From NCBI GenBank assembly GCA_951406725.2, contig OX597816.1, positions 47,988,001-48,052,000 on the forward strand: a stretch of 64,000 bases of DNA, read 5' to 3'. Below are positions 11,341 through 22,799 of the stretch, piece by piece; position 1 is the first letter of the stretch; every line of letters starts with the position of its first letter. The notes under the pieces are model-generated. The model searched no databases and was not told where the DNA came from. It saw only the letters and a program-made list of their open reading frames with translations. The translations under genes were made by a program, and so were the position numbers. This DNA is from Octopus vulgaris. Taxonomy: Eukaryota.

Positions 11341-11994
11341 GTATACCTCCTGGATGGGACACCAGTCTAATACAGGATTTCCCATTTTTGCCTGCTGAGT
11401 GGACAGGAGCAACATGGAATGAAGTGTTTTACTCAAGAATAAAATGAGCCACCCAATCCAGGATTTGAAACCATAACTTTACTATCATGAGTCCAACACC
11501 CTAACCACTAGGTCATATGCCTCCACACTGACCTTACAGAATATGTATATATATATATCAATTCAAAGGGGACTTAGAGCGTATATGAAGATGTGACAGA
11601 ATAGAAATAACAGGATACCTAATAATGGGCAAAAAAGATCAAGAAATTAGTGGGACACAACATCAAAGAGGAAGGAATACTAGAAGATACAAAAGACCCA
11701 AAATGTAATTACACATAGATTGCTGGTGATTTTTTTCCCTCCTTCCTCCTATTATTTTGGACTTTCCTATGTCACCTGTTTCTGGAGAAGAGCTTTGCTT
11801 GAAATGTAAAACAACCACCCTTTTCTTTCCATCTCTGAGCATCTTAATACTTCATATGTACCACGTCCTTTTGTTGTTGTTTTTTCTCTTGGCTTTTTTT
11901 TGCCCTTTTTAAAATTAATTTTAAAGATACTAGCATTATAACCCATCGTTGCTGGGTCATAGTGCTAGTGCATGTATATATATGTATATACAGA

Positions 11995-12945
11995 CTGGAA
12001 TTGTAGGCCCATCTCTTGCAATTTCGATCAATTGTATCTTGTCCTCCCTCTTGTATAGAAGTGTGGCTACAATCCACCCTACCTCTACTTCTGGGGGGAC
12101 ATTTTAAATTTTTATCCGGGACGTCCTATGTCCTAGATATAAAGGTAAAATTAAATATTTCCACTTTGCAACGTTCAAGTCGAGTACTCCCTTGCACGCT
12201 CCGTTGACTCGAACCTTGCTTCTATTGTGGAGAATTTATCGACTCTGGTTAGATATCTTTCATAGTCGCACCAAGACACTTTTCGATGGTGCTTTCCTCC
12301 AGGTGTTCAAATCTTTTTTTTTCTCTACATTGTATACTTTATAGACAATAGTCTTTTCTTTAATTTAATTTTTTATTTCGTTTGGTGGTGTTATTCTAGA
12401 TTCACCGTCTTTGTTGGTGATCAATTCAAAATAGGTTTGTATTTCTTCCATTTTAATTTTAATGAGTTCGCGCTCGCCGACGGCTGCAGCAAAATTCCTT
12501 TTGGGACTTTCTTCTATAGAAGGCATTTTAACAAAAATGCTTCCGTATAAACGGTGAAACTATTGTCAATTTCCCCAAACAGGGACACAATTCAATTTTT
12601 AAACAATAACCAAAGCTCCTTCTCCCAAAGGGGAGGGTTACGGTTTACAATTATTTAACAAATGCAACACAACATCGTTTCCCTTACGAGGAACCAACAA
12701 ATGTGAAAACAATAGTTAAACAGTAATAATAATAACAACAAACCTTACAGTGAATCAAAAAGCAGTACGCAGTTGAAGCTATAGTCCTTTATGTATAAGA
12801 AATAAACCAACAGCAGTACTCAGTAGAAGCAGCTGTTCGAGAAAACAGACATTACATACAGCCAAACTTCATATAGATACTTAATGCTAGCTAATTAGCA
12901 GATAATCTAATGTAAAAGCCGTGGTAAACGATATGTGCACACCTC
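11995..12945 (-). mobile_element. Degenerate LINE 5' region with ORF1-like fragment
   Basis: Minus-strand disrupted frame starting MPSIEESPKRNFAAAV; family assignment uncertain. Confidence 0.35.
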
Positions 12946-13179
12946 CATCTGGACTATTCCATTTCTGCACCCTAATTTTATTTTTAATTTATTTCTATTC
13001 ATGTGAAACCACTTATTCAAGTTCGAGTCATTGACGCAATTTTATACCAATTGCTATTTTTACTTTTAATTGTTATATTACGATTTAATTTAGTTTGATT
13101 TTAATTATTACTTACTACATATAATTCAATTGTTATTATTATCTCTAATTTTTATTGTCCAAGTGAAAGTATCTGACAT

Positions 13180-13530
13180 AAAATAGAGAAATGTTTTTGT
13201 TTCACCTTTAACATGTAATACTGAAATAGTGGAGAAGGTATGATATTGCTATGGGCTTGCCCTAGGCAAGAAGTTGAACATTTTTTTGCCCATGAAACTA
13301 CATGTGTAAAATTTGAATGAAATTGGTTGTGTAGTTCTCAAGTTTTAGGGAATCATAGTGGAGAAGATATGATATTGCTGTGGGCTCGCCATAGGCAAAA
13401 AGTTAAAACTAAGTAAAACCTAAGTAAGGCATGTGTAAAATTTGAATGAAATTGGTTGAGTAGTTCTTAAGTTTTAGGGAAACACACAGACAGACAGACA
13501 GACACATTCTCAGTTTTATATATATAGATA
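13180..13530 (-). mobile_element. Non-autonomous Helitron-like element, 5' part
   Basis: (caga)n followed by ctcagttttatatatatagat terminus; internal ~130-bp tandem duplication. Confidence 0.5.
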
Positions 13531-14369
13531 TATATATATATTCTGTTTTTCTTTTATTTGTTTCAGTCATATTTGACTGTAGCCATGCTGGAGCACTGCC
13601 TTGAAGCTTTTTAGTCGAACAAATCGACGCCAGGTCTTATTTTTAAAGCCTAGTACTATCTGTCCCATTTGCTGAACCATTAAGTTACAGGGATGTAAAC
13701 ACACTAACACCGGTTGTCAAGTGATGATGTGGGGACAAGCACAGACACAAAGACACACACATACATAGATATATACATATATGTAGTCCACTCTGGTAAA
13801 CAGTTGTTGTTGGGAAGGGCATCCAGCTGTCTGGTGCAGGCTTCTGCCTGGCCAGTTCCTATCAGACTGTCTCACTCATGCCAGCATGGGAGGCAGATGT
13901 TAAACAAAGAGGATGATGAAAATGATGATATGCATGATGGACTTATTTCAGTTCCCATCTACCAAATCTACTCACAAGACTTCAGTCAGCCTGGAGCTAT
14001 AGTAGGAGACACTTGCTTAAGTTGTCATGCAGTGGGACTGTACCATATGGCTAGGAACCATGCTTCTTACCACACAGCCATACCTGCACCTATATATATA
14101 TGTGTGTATATATATATATATATACAAGATAAGAAAATGGAGAAATACATCTAAATCAAATATCAATTACCAGATAATACTCAATCACATACTTTATTAA
14201 ACCACCACATAAGAGACTGTAGGGTTAAATATAAAAAGCAGAACAAATCAATGTACATAAAGGAACGTACATAAAAAAGTGTACATAAAAGAGTAATGTT
14301 GTATAATAAGTAGAATATATATAAAAGAGAATATAAATACAAGTAAATATAAATATAAGAATAAATTAG

Positions 14370-14496
14370 ATCTTACAGCTGTTTTGGCCATGTCGATAAG
14401 TATGTCTCATTTTACCAATATTAGCCCTTTATGGTTGGTCGATATATAGATATAAATGAGACATTTACAAAAATATCACAAGGCCTCTTCAGAGAT
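14370..14496 (-). ncRNA. Hammerhead motif with ~100-nt stem II (G12A variant)
   Basis: Minus strand atct-CTGAAGA-ggcc...ggcc-AAAA-cagctg-TA-agat; the copy near 11180 keeps GAAA. Confidence 0.65.
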
Positions 14497-14948
14497 TATG
14501 TAATATGCAGCTCCATTTAAGGAAAATTATTAACTGGAACATGGACATACATATATTCCGCTCTGGATCATAATGTAAGAGTTATTAATAATATTATGAA
14601 TGATAATAATGATAACATTAATGGTATTGACAACGATAATGATGCTAAATTTAATGACACTTTAGAAATTATTATGAAATAATACTATTGACTATGTATA
14701 TTTGCATCTAGGTATTAATTTGTGAATGTTTATTATCACAATATTAAGTCGAAAAACTGAGACATTGAGTGTGGAACACATATATATGTTTACTAATTTA
14801 TATTATTTATTTACATCATTATGTAAATGTATATTTTTATATGTATAGGAGAGTGAGTATATGCACTCATATGTATATATATATGTTGTATTGTGGGTAT
14901 GCACCTACACCCATGTGGGTATATATGTTGACTGAGTTATATTACATA

Positions 14949-15075
14949 ATCTCTGAAGAGACCTTGTGATATTTTTGCAAATGTCTCATTTATATCTATA
15001 TATTGACCAACCATAAAGGGCTAATATTGGTAAAATGAGACATACTTATCGACATGGCCAAAACAGCTGTAAGAT
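14949..15075 (+). ncRNA. Hammerhead motif, inverted copy
   Basis: atct-CTGAAGA-gacc...ggcc-AAAA-cagctg-TA-agat. Confidence 0.6.
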
Positions 15076-15583
15076 CTAATTTATACTTATATTTATATTT
15101 ACTTGTATTTATATTCTCTTTTATATATATTCTACTTATTATACAACATTACTCTTTTATGTACACTTTTTTATGTACATTCCTTTATGTACACTGATTT
15201 GTTCTGCTTTTTATATTTAACCCTACAGTCTCTTATGTGGTGGTTTAATAAAGTATGTGATTGAGTATTATCTGGTAATTGATATTTGATTCAGATCTAT
15301 TTCTCTATTTTCTTATCTTGTATTAGTAATTTGTGGTAAATCATTTTACCTTTGCTCATATAATACAGTAAATGAATTGATTGCATCGCAATCATTAACA
15401 TTTATGCATTAACTTTGTTGGGTACTTCACTAGCAGTATATTGGATATATGTTATCCCATAGAGGGTTGCATTTACAACCCCTATCTCAATTTGTATATA
15501 TATATATATATATATATACATACATACATACATACATACATACATACATACATACATACATACATACATGCATACATACATGC

Positions 15584-15616
<33 letters not shown>

Positions 15617-15648
15617 ATCAAATAAGCAACAAGGATATCCAGAGGTAA

Positions 15649-15735
15649 TGCAGTACGATCGTTTCATGCAGCTCCATTTAATTGAACAATGCAATCATTA
15701 CATCAGTTTAAAATGAAGAGCAATCTTCAGCTGCA
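15649..15735 (-). ncRNA. Type I hammerhead ribozyme, intact core
   Basis: Minus strand tgcag-CTGAAGA-ttgc...gcat-GAAA-cgatcg-TA-ctgca; lies in a small element with inverted repeat 15620-15653/15791-15824 between (ta)n tracts. Confidence 0.75.
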
Positions 15736-15899
15736 CAAAGACATAGAATTTAATTAAATTAGAACAGATGGACACATTTGTATAATTATGCTGCATTACT
15801 TCTGGATATCCTTGTTGCTTATTTCCTAACTTTGAAATTGCATGGATAATACCATACTAAATTCGGTGTCTCAACTTAAGTACCATATTCATCTGAATC

Positions 15900-15933
<34 letters not shown>

Positions 15934-16864
15934 TGTATATTTAATGTGAATATATGTGTCTATGTTTATACCAGTTAAGACAAAACAAGTATTGATATTA
16001 ATGCTGTGTGTTCTTATGACCTGTAACTTAGCAGTTTGATAAACTGGAATTGATAGAGTAAGTACAAGAGTGAAATGAGTACTGAATTCAACATGGTTGA
16101 CTAAAAATTCTTGAAGGTAAAAGCCCACCATGAACACAATCCAATGACAGAAACAAATAAAATAATAAAATATATATGAATTGGAGTATATCTCGTTATA
16201 GCAAGCAATTAAATCTTTATCTATATTATACTCCTTTCATGTTGAAATTATTTTCGGAATTATATAGTTTTATGTTATTGACATTTATACACTTACACGC
16301 GTGCACACACACACACACAGACACACACACATACACAAACACACACACACACACCTGCACATACATACGTGCACATACAGATGCACACAAACACATATGC
16401 AAATACAAACATACATGCACACACATACACATATGCACACATACACATACGCACACATACACACACACATACACATGCACACAAACCTATATACAAGTAC
16501 ACACGCACATATATGCACATATTTTCACATATACACACACATACATGCACATACATACACATGCACACACACTCACACACACATATAGGCACAGACATAT
16601 AATTACATACACGCACACATACAGATATACATGTACACATGTATGCACATATACATACATATACATACATACACACACATACGTAGGTAGACATACACAC
16701 AGACATACACCCTCTCTCTCTCTCTCTTTGTCACTCTCACACACACTTTATTACTTATTAGACTGGGAAATATTCTTTCAATTTTTGCTGGTGTTTTTTA
16801 TATTCTCTGTGATTCTGTAATTCTGTGATTCTACCATTGCCCACTTCACTATCTCAAGTAAGCA

Positions 16865-16865
<1 letters not shown>

Positions 16866-16906
<41 letters not shown>

Positions 16907-17590
16907 ATGAGTGCAAAGTATTTTAGCAATGCTTTTTATTTTTTTTTTTACTCCCTTCCCTCTCACATTCTTCATTTCCATGTGGACTACTTCTTTGTCG
17001 CTTTGATTCTTTTGATGCTCTTCATTGTTTTTCCTAAGCCATTCTGGGTCTTTTATATCTTCTTGCATTCCTTCCTCTCTGATGTCGAGTTCCACTACCT
17101 TCTTGATCTTTTTGCCTGTTATTAGGTATTCTGTTATTTCTATTCCGTCACATCTTGACATATGCTTTAAGTCCCCTTTGAATTGATTTTTATAATTCAC
17201 TTTGGTGTGTATCATATTTAACCTTAATATTAATATTTCTTTATATGTTCTGACAATCTACTTCTCCAGGTATTCCTGCTGTCTGAACTTTACATTGCTC
17301 AGAAATCTCAATTTTGCATTCTGTATATTTTCTTCTTTTCTTTTTTGTTTAAATTCTTCAACTATTTTCTTTGATTCTTTTCTTTCACAGTAATTTCTTC
17401 AACGTTCTTATTGTTTCTAACTCCATTTTTATTTTCCCTTTGTCCTCTCATTTTTCTCAACTCATTAATCCAATTGTCACCTTTTTCTTCTTTCATCTAT
17501 CTGTTCAATTGGAATCAATCTTAGAATCAGTTTTTCTTCTGACTTACTTGACTCATACATCTGCATGATCTTTTTTTCATTTCATAAATT
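16866..17590 (-). mobile_element. Degenerate LINE 3' end
   Basis: Frame MIHTKVNYKNQFKGDLKHMSRCDGIEITEYLI resembles a decayed CxxC..H knuckle; (tga)n tail. Confidence 0.5.
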
Positions 17591-17591
17591 A

Positions 17592-17984
17592 CTAGCAGTA
17601 TCGCCCGGCGTTGCTCAGGTTTGTTTCGACCCTTTAGAATTGGAACTTTTGGAAAAGTAAAAATTTTGCATTATGTAGCTTGTAATTCTCTTTAAGTGAA
17701 CATTTTTCTGGTTGAAATACACCGTAAAATGGCGACACAGCAGTAAAAAAAATCGTAAAAAATCGGGATTTTCATAGAAAAAAAGCACCTTTTTTGATGT
17801 AAATAATTTTTGGTGTTAACATGATCCGATTTGAATTTTATCTTCTATGGAATGAAGAGCAAGCCTTCTTCTATCACTGTCAATGTTGGTCAACTTGCAT
17901 CGCAGGGTCTCGGAGGAGATAGTGTTAGTTGAAGGCTACCAAACCTGCCATACACAGACAACTTCAGCTTTATATATAGAGAGA
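17592..17984 (-). mobile_element. Non-autonomous Helitron, copy 1
   Basis: On the minus strand: 5' TC, subterminal hairpin cctgagcaacgccggg, 3' CTAG, A|T target; second copy at 60036-60427. Confidence 0.75.
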
Positions 17985-18655
17985 TTATATTGTAGTAAGG
18001 CCATCCCACCTATGATTGCATAGCTGGAAAGGTTTACTATTATTATGGGTATGCGGGTAATTTGTAAATACGACCATGTCCTACATAGTTACAGGTTACC
18101 TTTTGGCAGGTACAGCACTTGTTCAGCCACCCAGAGATAAAGCAAAGTCATGGGGCTACATCATGGTGGAATGTGAAGAGGCAGCAGAAGAGCTCAGCAG
18201 AGCCAACACTGCTTCTTAGATCAATGCTGATGAGAGGAATTGTAGAAGATCAATGGTCAGGATCACCAAGCTCCAACAAGAGAGTAATTGCAATGTATCC
18301 ATAGGGATGGCATCCATGGTTGTGTAATCAGCTAATGAAAGATTCACCATAACTCAAGCTCTGAATTCAAATTCATAATAATGGAATTAAATGGTGATAG
18401 AGAGCCATGGGAATCCATGAAAGCAGTGCAAGTAATAATAGTAAATATTACTGGCTTAATTTTTTCTTCACAGTTGAATGCCCTATCTATTGCTCACCTC
18501 TTCACTGAAAAACAGATACAGACTGTACCATCTCAAGGCAGAGATACAAAAGGCAGTTGTCAAGAGGCCCCATGGATATAGGAATCCAATACTAATCTAT
18601 GCAAACTGTGATTTGCTATCAATAATACTAATACTATAGGCAGGGCTGGATTAGA

Positions 18656-19325
18656 AGGCACATGGCTCAGTAGTTAGGACATCAGGTTCACAATCATGAG
18701 GTAGTGAATTCAATTCCTAGATCAGGCTGTGTGTTGTGTGCTTGAGCAAGACACTTTACTTCACATTGCTTCAGTTTACTCAGCTTCAGAAATGAGCTGC
18801 GATATCACTGGTGCCAAATTGCATCAGCTTTTGCCTTTCCCTTGGATAATATCAGCGGCATGGAGAAGGGAGCCTGGTATGCATGGGCAACTGCCAGTCT
18901 TCCATAAACAACTTTATCTGGACTTGTGCCTCGGTGGTGGTTATCAGTTATCAACCAGAGATCAAATGCAATTTCATGACTTCACCGATAATATTGTTCC
19001 CCTCTGGTGAAACCAACAGCAAGAGGCTACTGGGAAATGACAAGCCAACAAACAAGGGACCAAATCTGACAGAATAACATATATGTTTTTGCTGATTTTT
19101 GGCAATTTTCTGGAACCCCAGTATCCAAAAACGAGGATTTTTGCCAAAAAAAAAAAAAATTACAAAAATAAAACAAATTTGGGAGAAATTGGAGGTGAGG
19201 ATGGGTGGAAGTCTTTCCCAAGCAGCTGACAAAAATGAATAATCCTATGATGGACTGGTGACCCCATTTCTAGGCGCAATCCCATGGTCATTCATAACTG
19301 AAGGGGTCTTTACCCTTTACCCTAC
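18656..19325 (+). mobile_element. SINE family C interrupted by an inverted duplication (18940-19267)
   Basis: Matches the intact copy at 34563-34895 on both sides of the insert. Confidence 0.75.
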
Positions 19326-19956
19326 ACAGGACTGGGTTAAGCACCGACTATAGGCCCCAGTGCATAACCTTTTCTCAGAATTCTATAATGATGTTAAGAT
19401 GGTGGCCCAAGATGTCGAACCTGCTTATTGTCAGCCAGAGAAACTAGAACAAGCAGGAGATAGTGCCTATCTCAAGAACACCACACAACAGCTTGAAAAA
19501 TTTGACTAAATAACCATATGGTTATTTTGTCAATATATCAAAATAAATACCAATGTAATAGGATTTCAATTACCAACAAGTATATATCTGTGTCATTAAT
19601 CAATCAATATATTCTTCCAATCTTTGTTATACATATGATTAAATTACTTAATCTACTCATACACGAAATCACATAAACTTCGCAGACATACAATACTAAA
19701 ATGTGGTCATTATAAATACCTAATATTAGTTTTTGGTCGGTCTACAACAACCATTCCGTCCATTAACTATCTACTGTGGTTTCCCATAATGTATCCAAGA
19801 TGATAACTATGAATGTTAGTGGATACTAAACAAGCTTATAATATGTGTGTGTGTGAATGTGTGTGTGTGTGTGTACATGTTTTTGCCTGTACATATTTTT
19901 CTCTGTATGCTATGTTTTTCTGGAACAGAATATCTTTGCGTTTCTATATTCATATA

Positions 19957-20047
<91 letters not shown>

Positions 20048-20048
20048 T

Positions 20049-20082
<34 letters not shown>

Positions 20083-20743
20083 GATATTTATCAGCATATG
20101 TTTATGAATGTCTGAGTGTGTATGTATGTGTGTATGTGTGTTTGTTTGTTTGTATGTGCTTATGTTCGCATGTGTATGTGTGTGTATTTGTATGTTTGTG
20201 TGTGTGTGTGTATGTCTGTACGTATGTGTAGGTTTTCGTATCTGTGTGTGTGTGTGTGCATGTGTATGTATGTATGTGTGTGAGTGTGTGTTTTCTCTAT
20301 CCAGTCTCTATTAAAAACATATTTGGCAAACATTGGCAGAAAATGTTTGAACAACTTTGGTCTACTGAAAATGGTGCCAGTCATACACAGTAGTTATACA
20401 CAGACAGACACACGTGCACATATACACAAGCAGACATACATGCATATAGATACCTACATACATACATACATACATACATACATACATACATACATACATA
20501 CATACATACATACATACATACATACATAGAGGCAGACACACAGTCAGACAAAAACACAGACAGCATCTGCTAAACAAAGGTCGAAATATATACCAAGCAC
20601 ATAAAAATGAAATGAATAACATTCTCCTGATTGGCAGAGAATCCCTGAATAAAATTTCATTTCCTGATGATTACTCCAATGAACCCAGAAACACAAGACT
20701 AGCACACTTCAGCAAAGCTTTGGAAGAGAAACCTTTTTCATAC

Positions 20744-20775
20744 CTTGCAAAGCTGGCTGCAAACCCAGGTGTCAC
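20744..20775 (-). other. Candidate 32-nt micro-exon of an unknown host gene
   Basis: tttctctctcctccacattacag|GTGACACCTGGGTTTGCAGCCAGCTTTGCAAG|gtatga in non-repetitive sequence. Confidence 0.3.
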
Positions 20776-20866
20776 CTGTAATGTGGAGGAGAGAGAAATC
20801 AATAAATGCAGTAAAGTTACCTTCTCTAGTCATACAGAATCATAAGGCTGGTTTCATGGCATATAT

Positions 20867-21264
20867 ACTCTTTTACTTGTTTCAGTCATTTGACTGGGGC
20901 CATGCTGGAGCACCACCTTTAGTTGAGCAACTCAACCTCGGGACTTATTCTTTGTAAGCCCAGTACTTATTCTATCGGTCTCTTTTGCCGAACCGCTAAG
21001 TGACGGAGACATAAACACACCAGCATCGGTTGTCAAGCAATGCTAGGGGGACAAACACAGACACACAAACACACACACACATATATATATATACATATAT
21101 ACGACAGGCTTCTTTCAGTTTCCGTCTACCAAATCCACTCACAAGTCTTTGGTCGGCCCGAGGCTATAGTAGAAGACACTTGCCCAAGGTGCCATGCAGT
21201 GGGACTGAACCCGGAACCATGTGGTTGGTAAACAAGCTACTTACCACACAGCCACTCCTGCGCC
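20867..21264 (-). mobile_element. SINE family A, full length
   Basis: Consensus match. Confidence 0.9.
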
Positions 21265-21899
21265 TATATATATATTCCCCACCTGGATGGGGTCACCAGT
21301 CTGTCATAGGATTATTCATTTTTGTCAGCTGCTTGGGGAAGACTTCCCCCCATCCCCACCTCCAATTTCTCCCAAATTTGTTTATTTTTGTAATTTTTTT
21401 TTTTTTTTGCCAAAAATCCTTGTTTTTGGATACGGAGGTTCCAGAAAATTGCCAAAATTCGGCAAAAACAAGGACTGGCGAACACATATATGTTATTCTG
21501 TCATATTTGGTCCCTTGTTTGTTGGCTTGTCATTTCCCAGTAGCCTCTTGCTGTTGGTTTCACCAGAGGGGAACAATATTATCGGTGAAGTCATGAAATT
21601 GCATTTGATCTCTGGTTGATAACTGATAACAATTTGGTGACAAATTTGTCTTAATAATGACAAAGATATTTTTTAAAATGAATTATTCATTATTTTTTAA
21701 ATTAATTGAAACAAAGGCCAAAGTATTTCAATAGAAATGTAGTAATGAAAGAGTTAAACAAATTTAGATGAAGATCTTGTTTCATGTGCAGTGTTGTTTG
21801 TTTACCGGGGCTAAGCCATTCCTTATGCTGCTTCATATTGATGTGCAGGCACCATTTTTGGTTGCCAGTAATGATTTGGTAAAGAAATCATTGCTTGTG

Positions 21900-22509
21900 T
21901 CCATGAGTTGAACGATGATGAGCAAGCAAACCAGTGGAGATTGTGGCTCATTAGTTTTTGTTGTTGTCACTTAAAGCATGCGGTACCCATGTTCCATACT
22001 TCTGAACCTTTGCCATCGAGTGAAGATGCTTCTCTATAGCAGTGTGGGAGCATTCCATTTTCCCTGGCAGTTCCCTTGTTGTTTGACAAGAATTTTCATG
22101 CAAAAGTTGGTTTAATCGCTCTTCATCGAATTCAACTGGACAACCAAAATGAGGTGCATCTTTGTGGTCAAAATTTCCAATTTTGAACTTGGCATACCAA
22201 TCACGAGTGGTTCTTTCTGTTATGGCACCCTCCCCATATACAGTACAAATGTCGCAAGCAGCTTTTGCGGCCTTACAACCTTGATTAAGAGCAAAAAGAA
22301 GGTGTCGAAAATGCTCATTTTTCTTAACTTGACATTCCATTTTAATGATCTGAAAATAAATAAAAATTAACTAAAATTATCTAGAAAAATCGAAATAGAT
22401 TCCAAAATGATTCAAAAATAGAATTCTTGAAAAAAATAGATTCCAAAATTTAAAAACACAATAAATTCCAAAATTTATAAAAATGGCGGGAACTTAGTTG
22501 CCAAACCAA
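21900..22509 (-). mobile_element. Mariner element 5' half (transposase N-terminus)
   Basis: ORF 21951..22340 with HTH region and WVPHAL; TIR ttggtttggcaactaagttcccgcc next to TA. Confidence 0.85.
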
Positions 22510-22799
22510 TATGTATGCATGCATGTATGTATGTATGTATGTATGTATGTATGTATGTATGTATGTATGAATGTATGTATGTATGTATGTACGAATGAAT
22601 GTATGTATGTATGAATGTATGTATGTACGAATGAATATATGTATGTATGTATACATAAATATTTGCATAAACATTTTCACATATATATATATATATATAT
22701 TTACACACATATTTATACATATATATTTATATACAGACACACACACACACAGGCAGGTGAATAGAAAGAACTACTTTTATGAGATCTAAAACAAATTAC

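Larger units (their letters stand above)
14123..15321. mobile_element. Penelope-like foldback element with ~380-bp inverted arms, each carrying a hammerhead
   Basis: 14123-14503 is the reverse complement of 14941-15321; left end abuts (ta)n. Confidence 0.8.

Noticed and set aside
16176-16820. His/Thr-rich ORFs and the many similar YI/CV-rich ORFs elsewhere
   Set aside because: Translations of (CA)n, (TA)n and (TACA)n microsatellites
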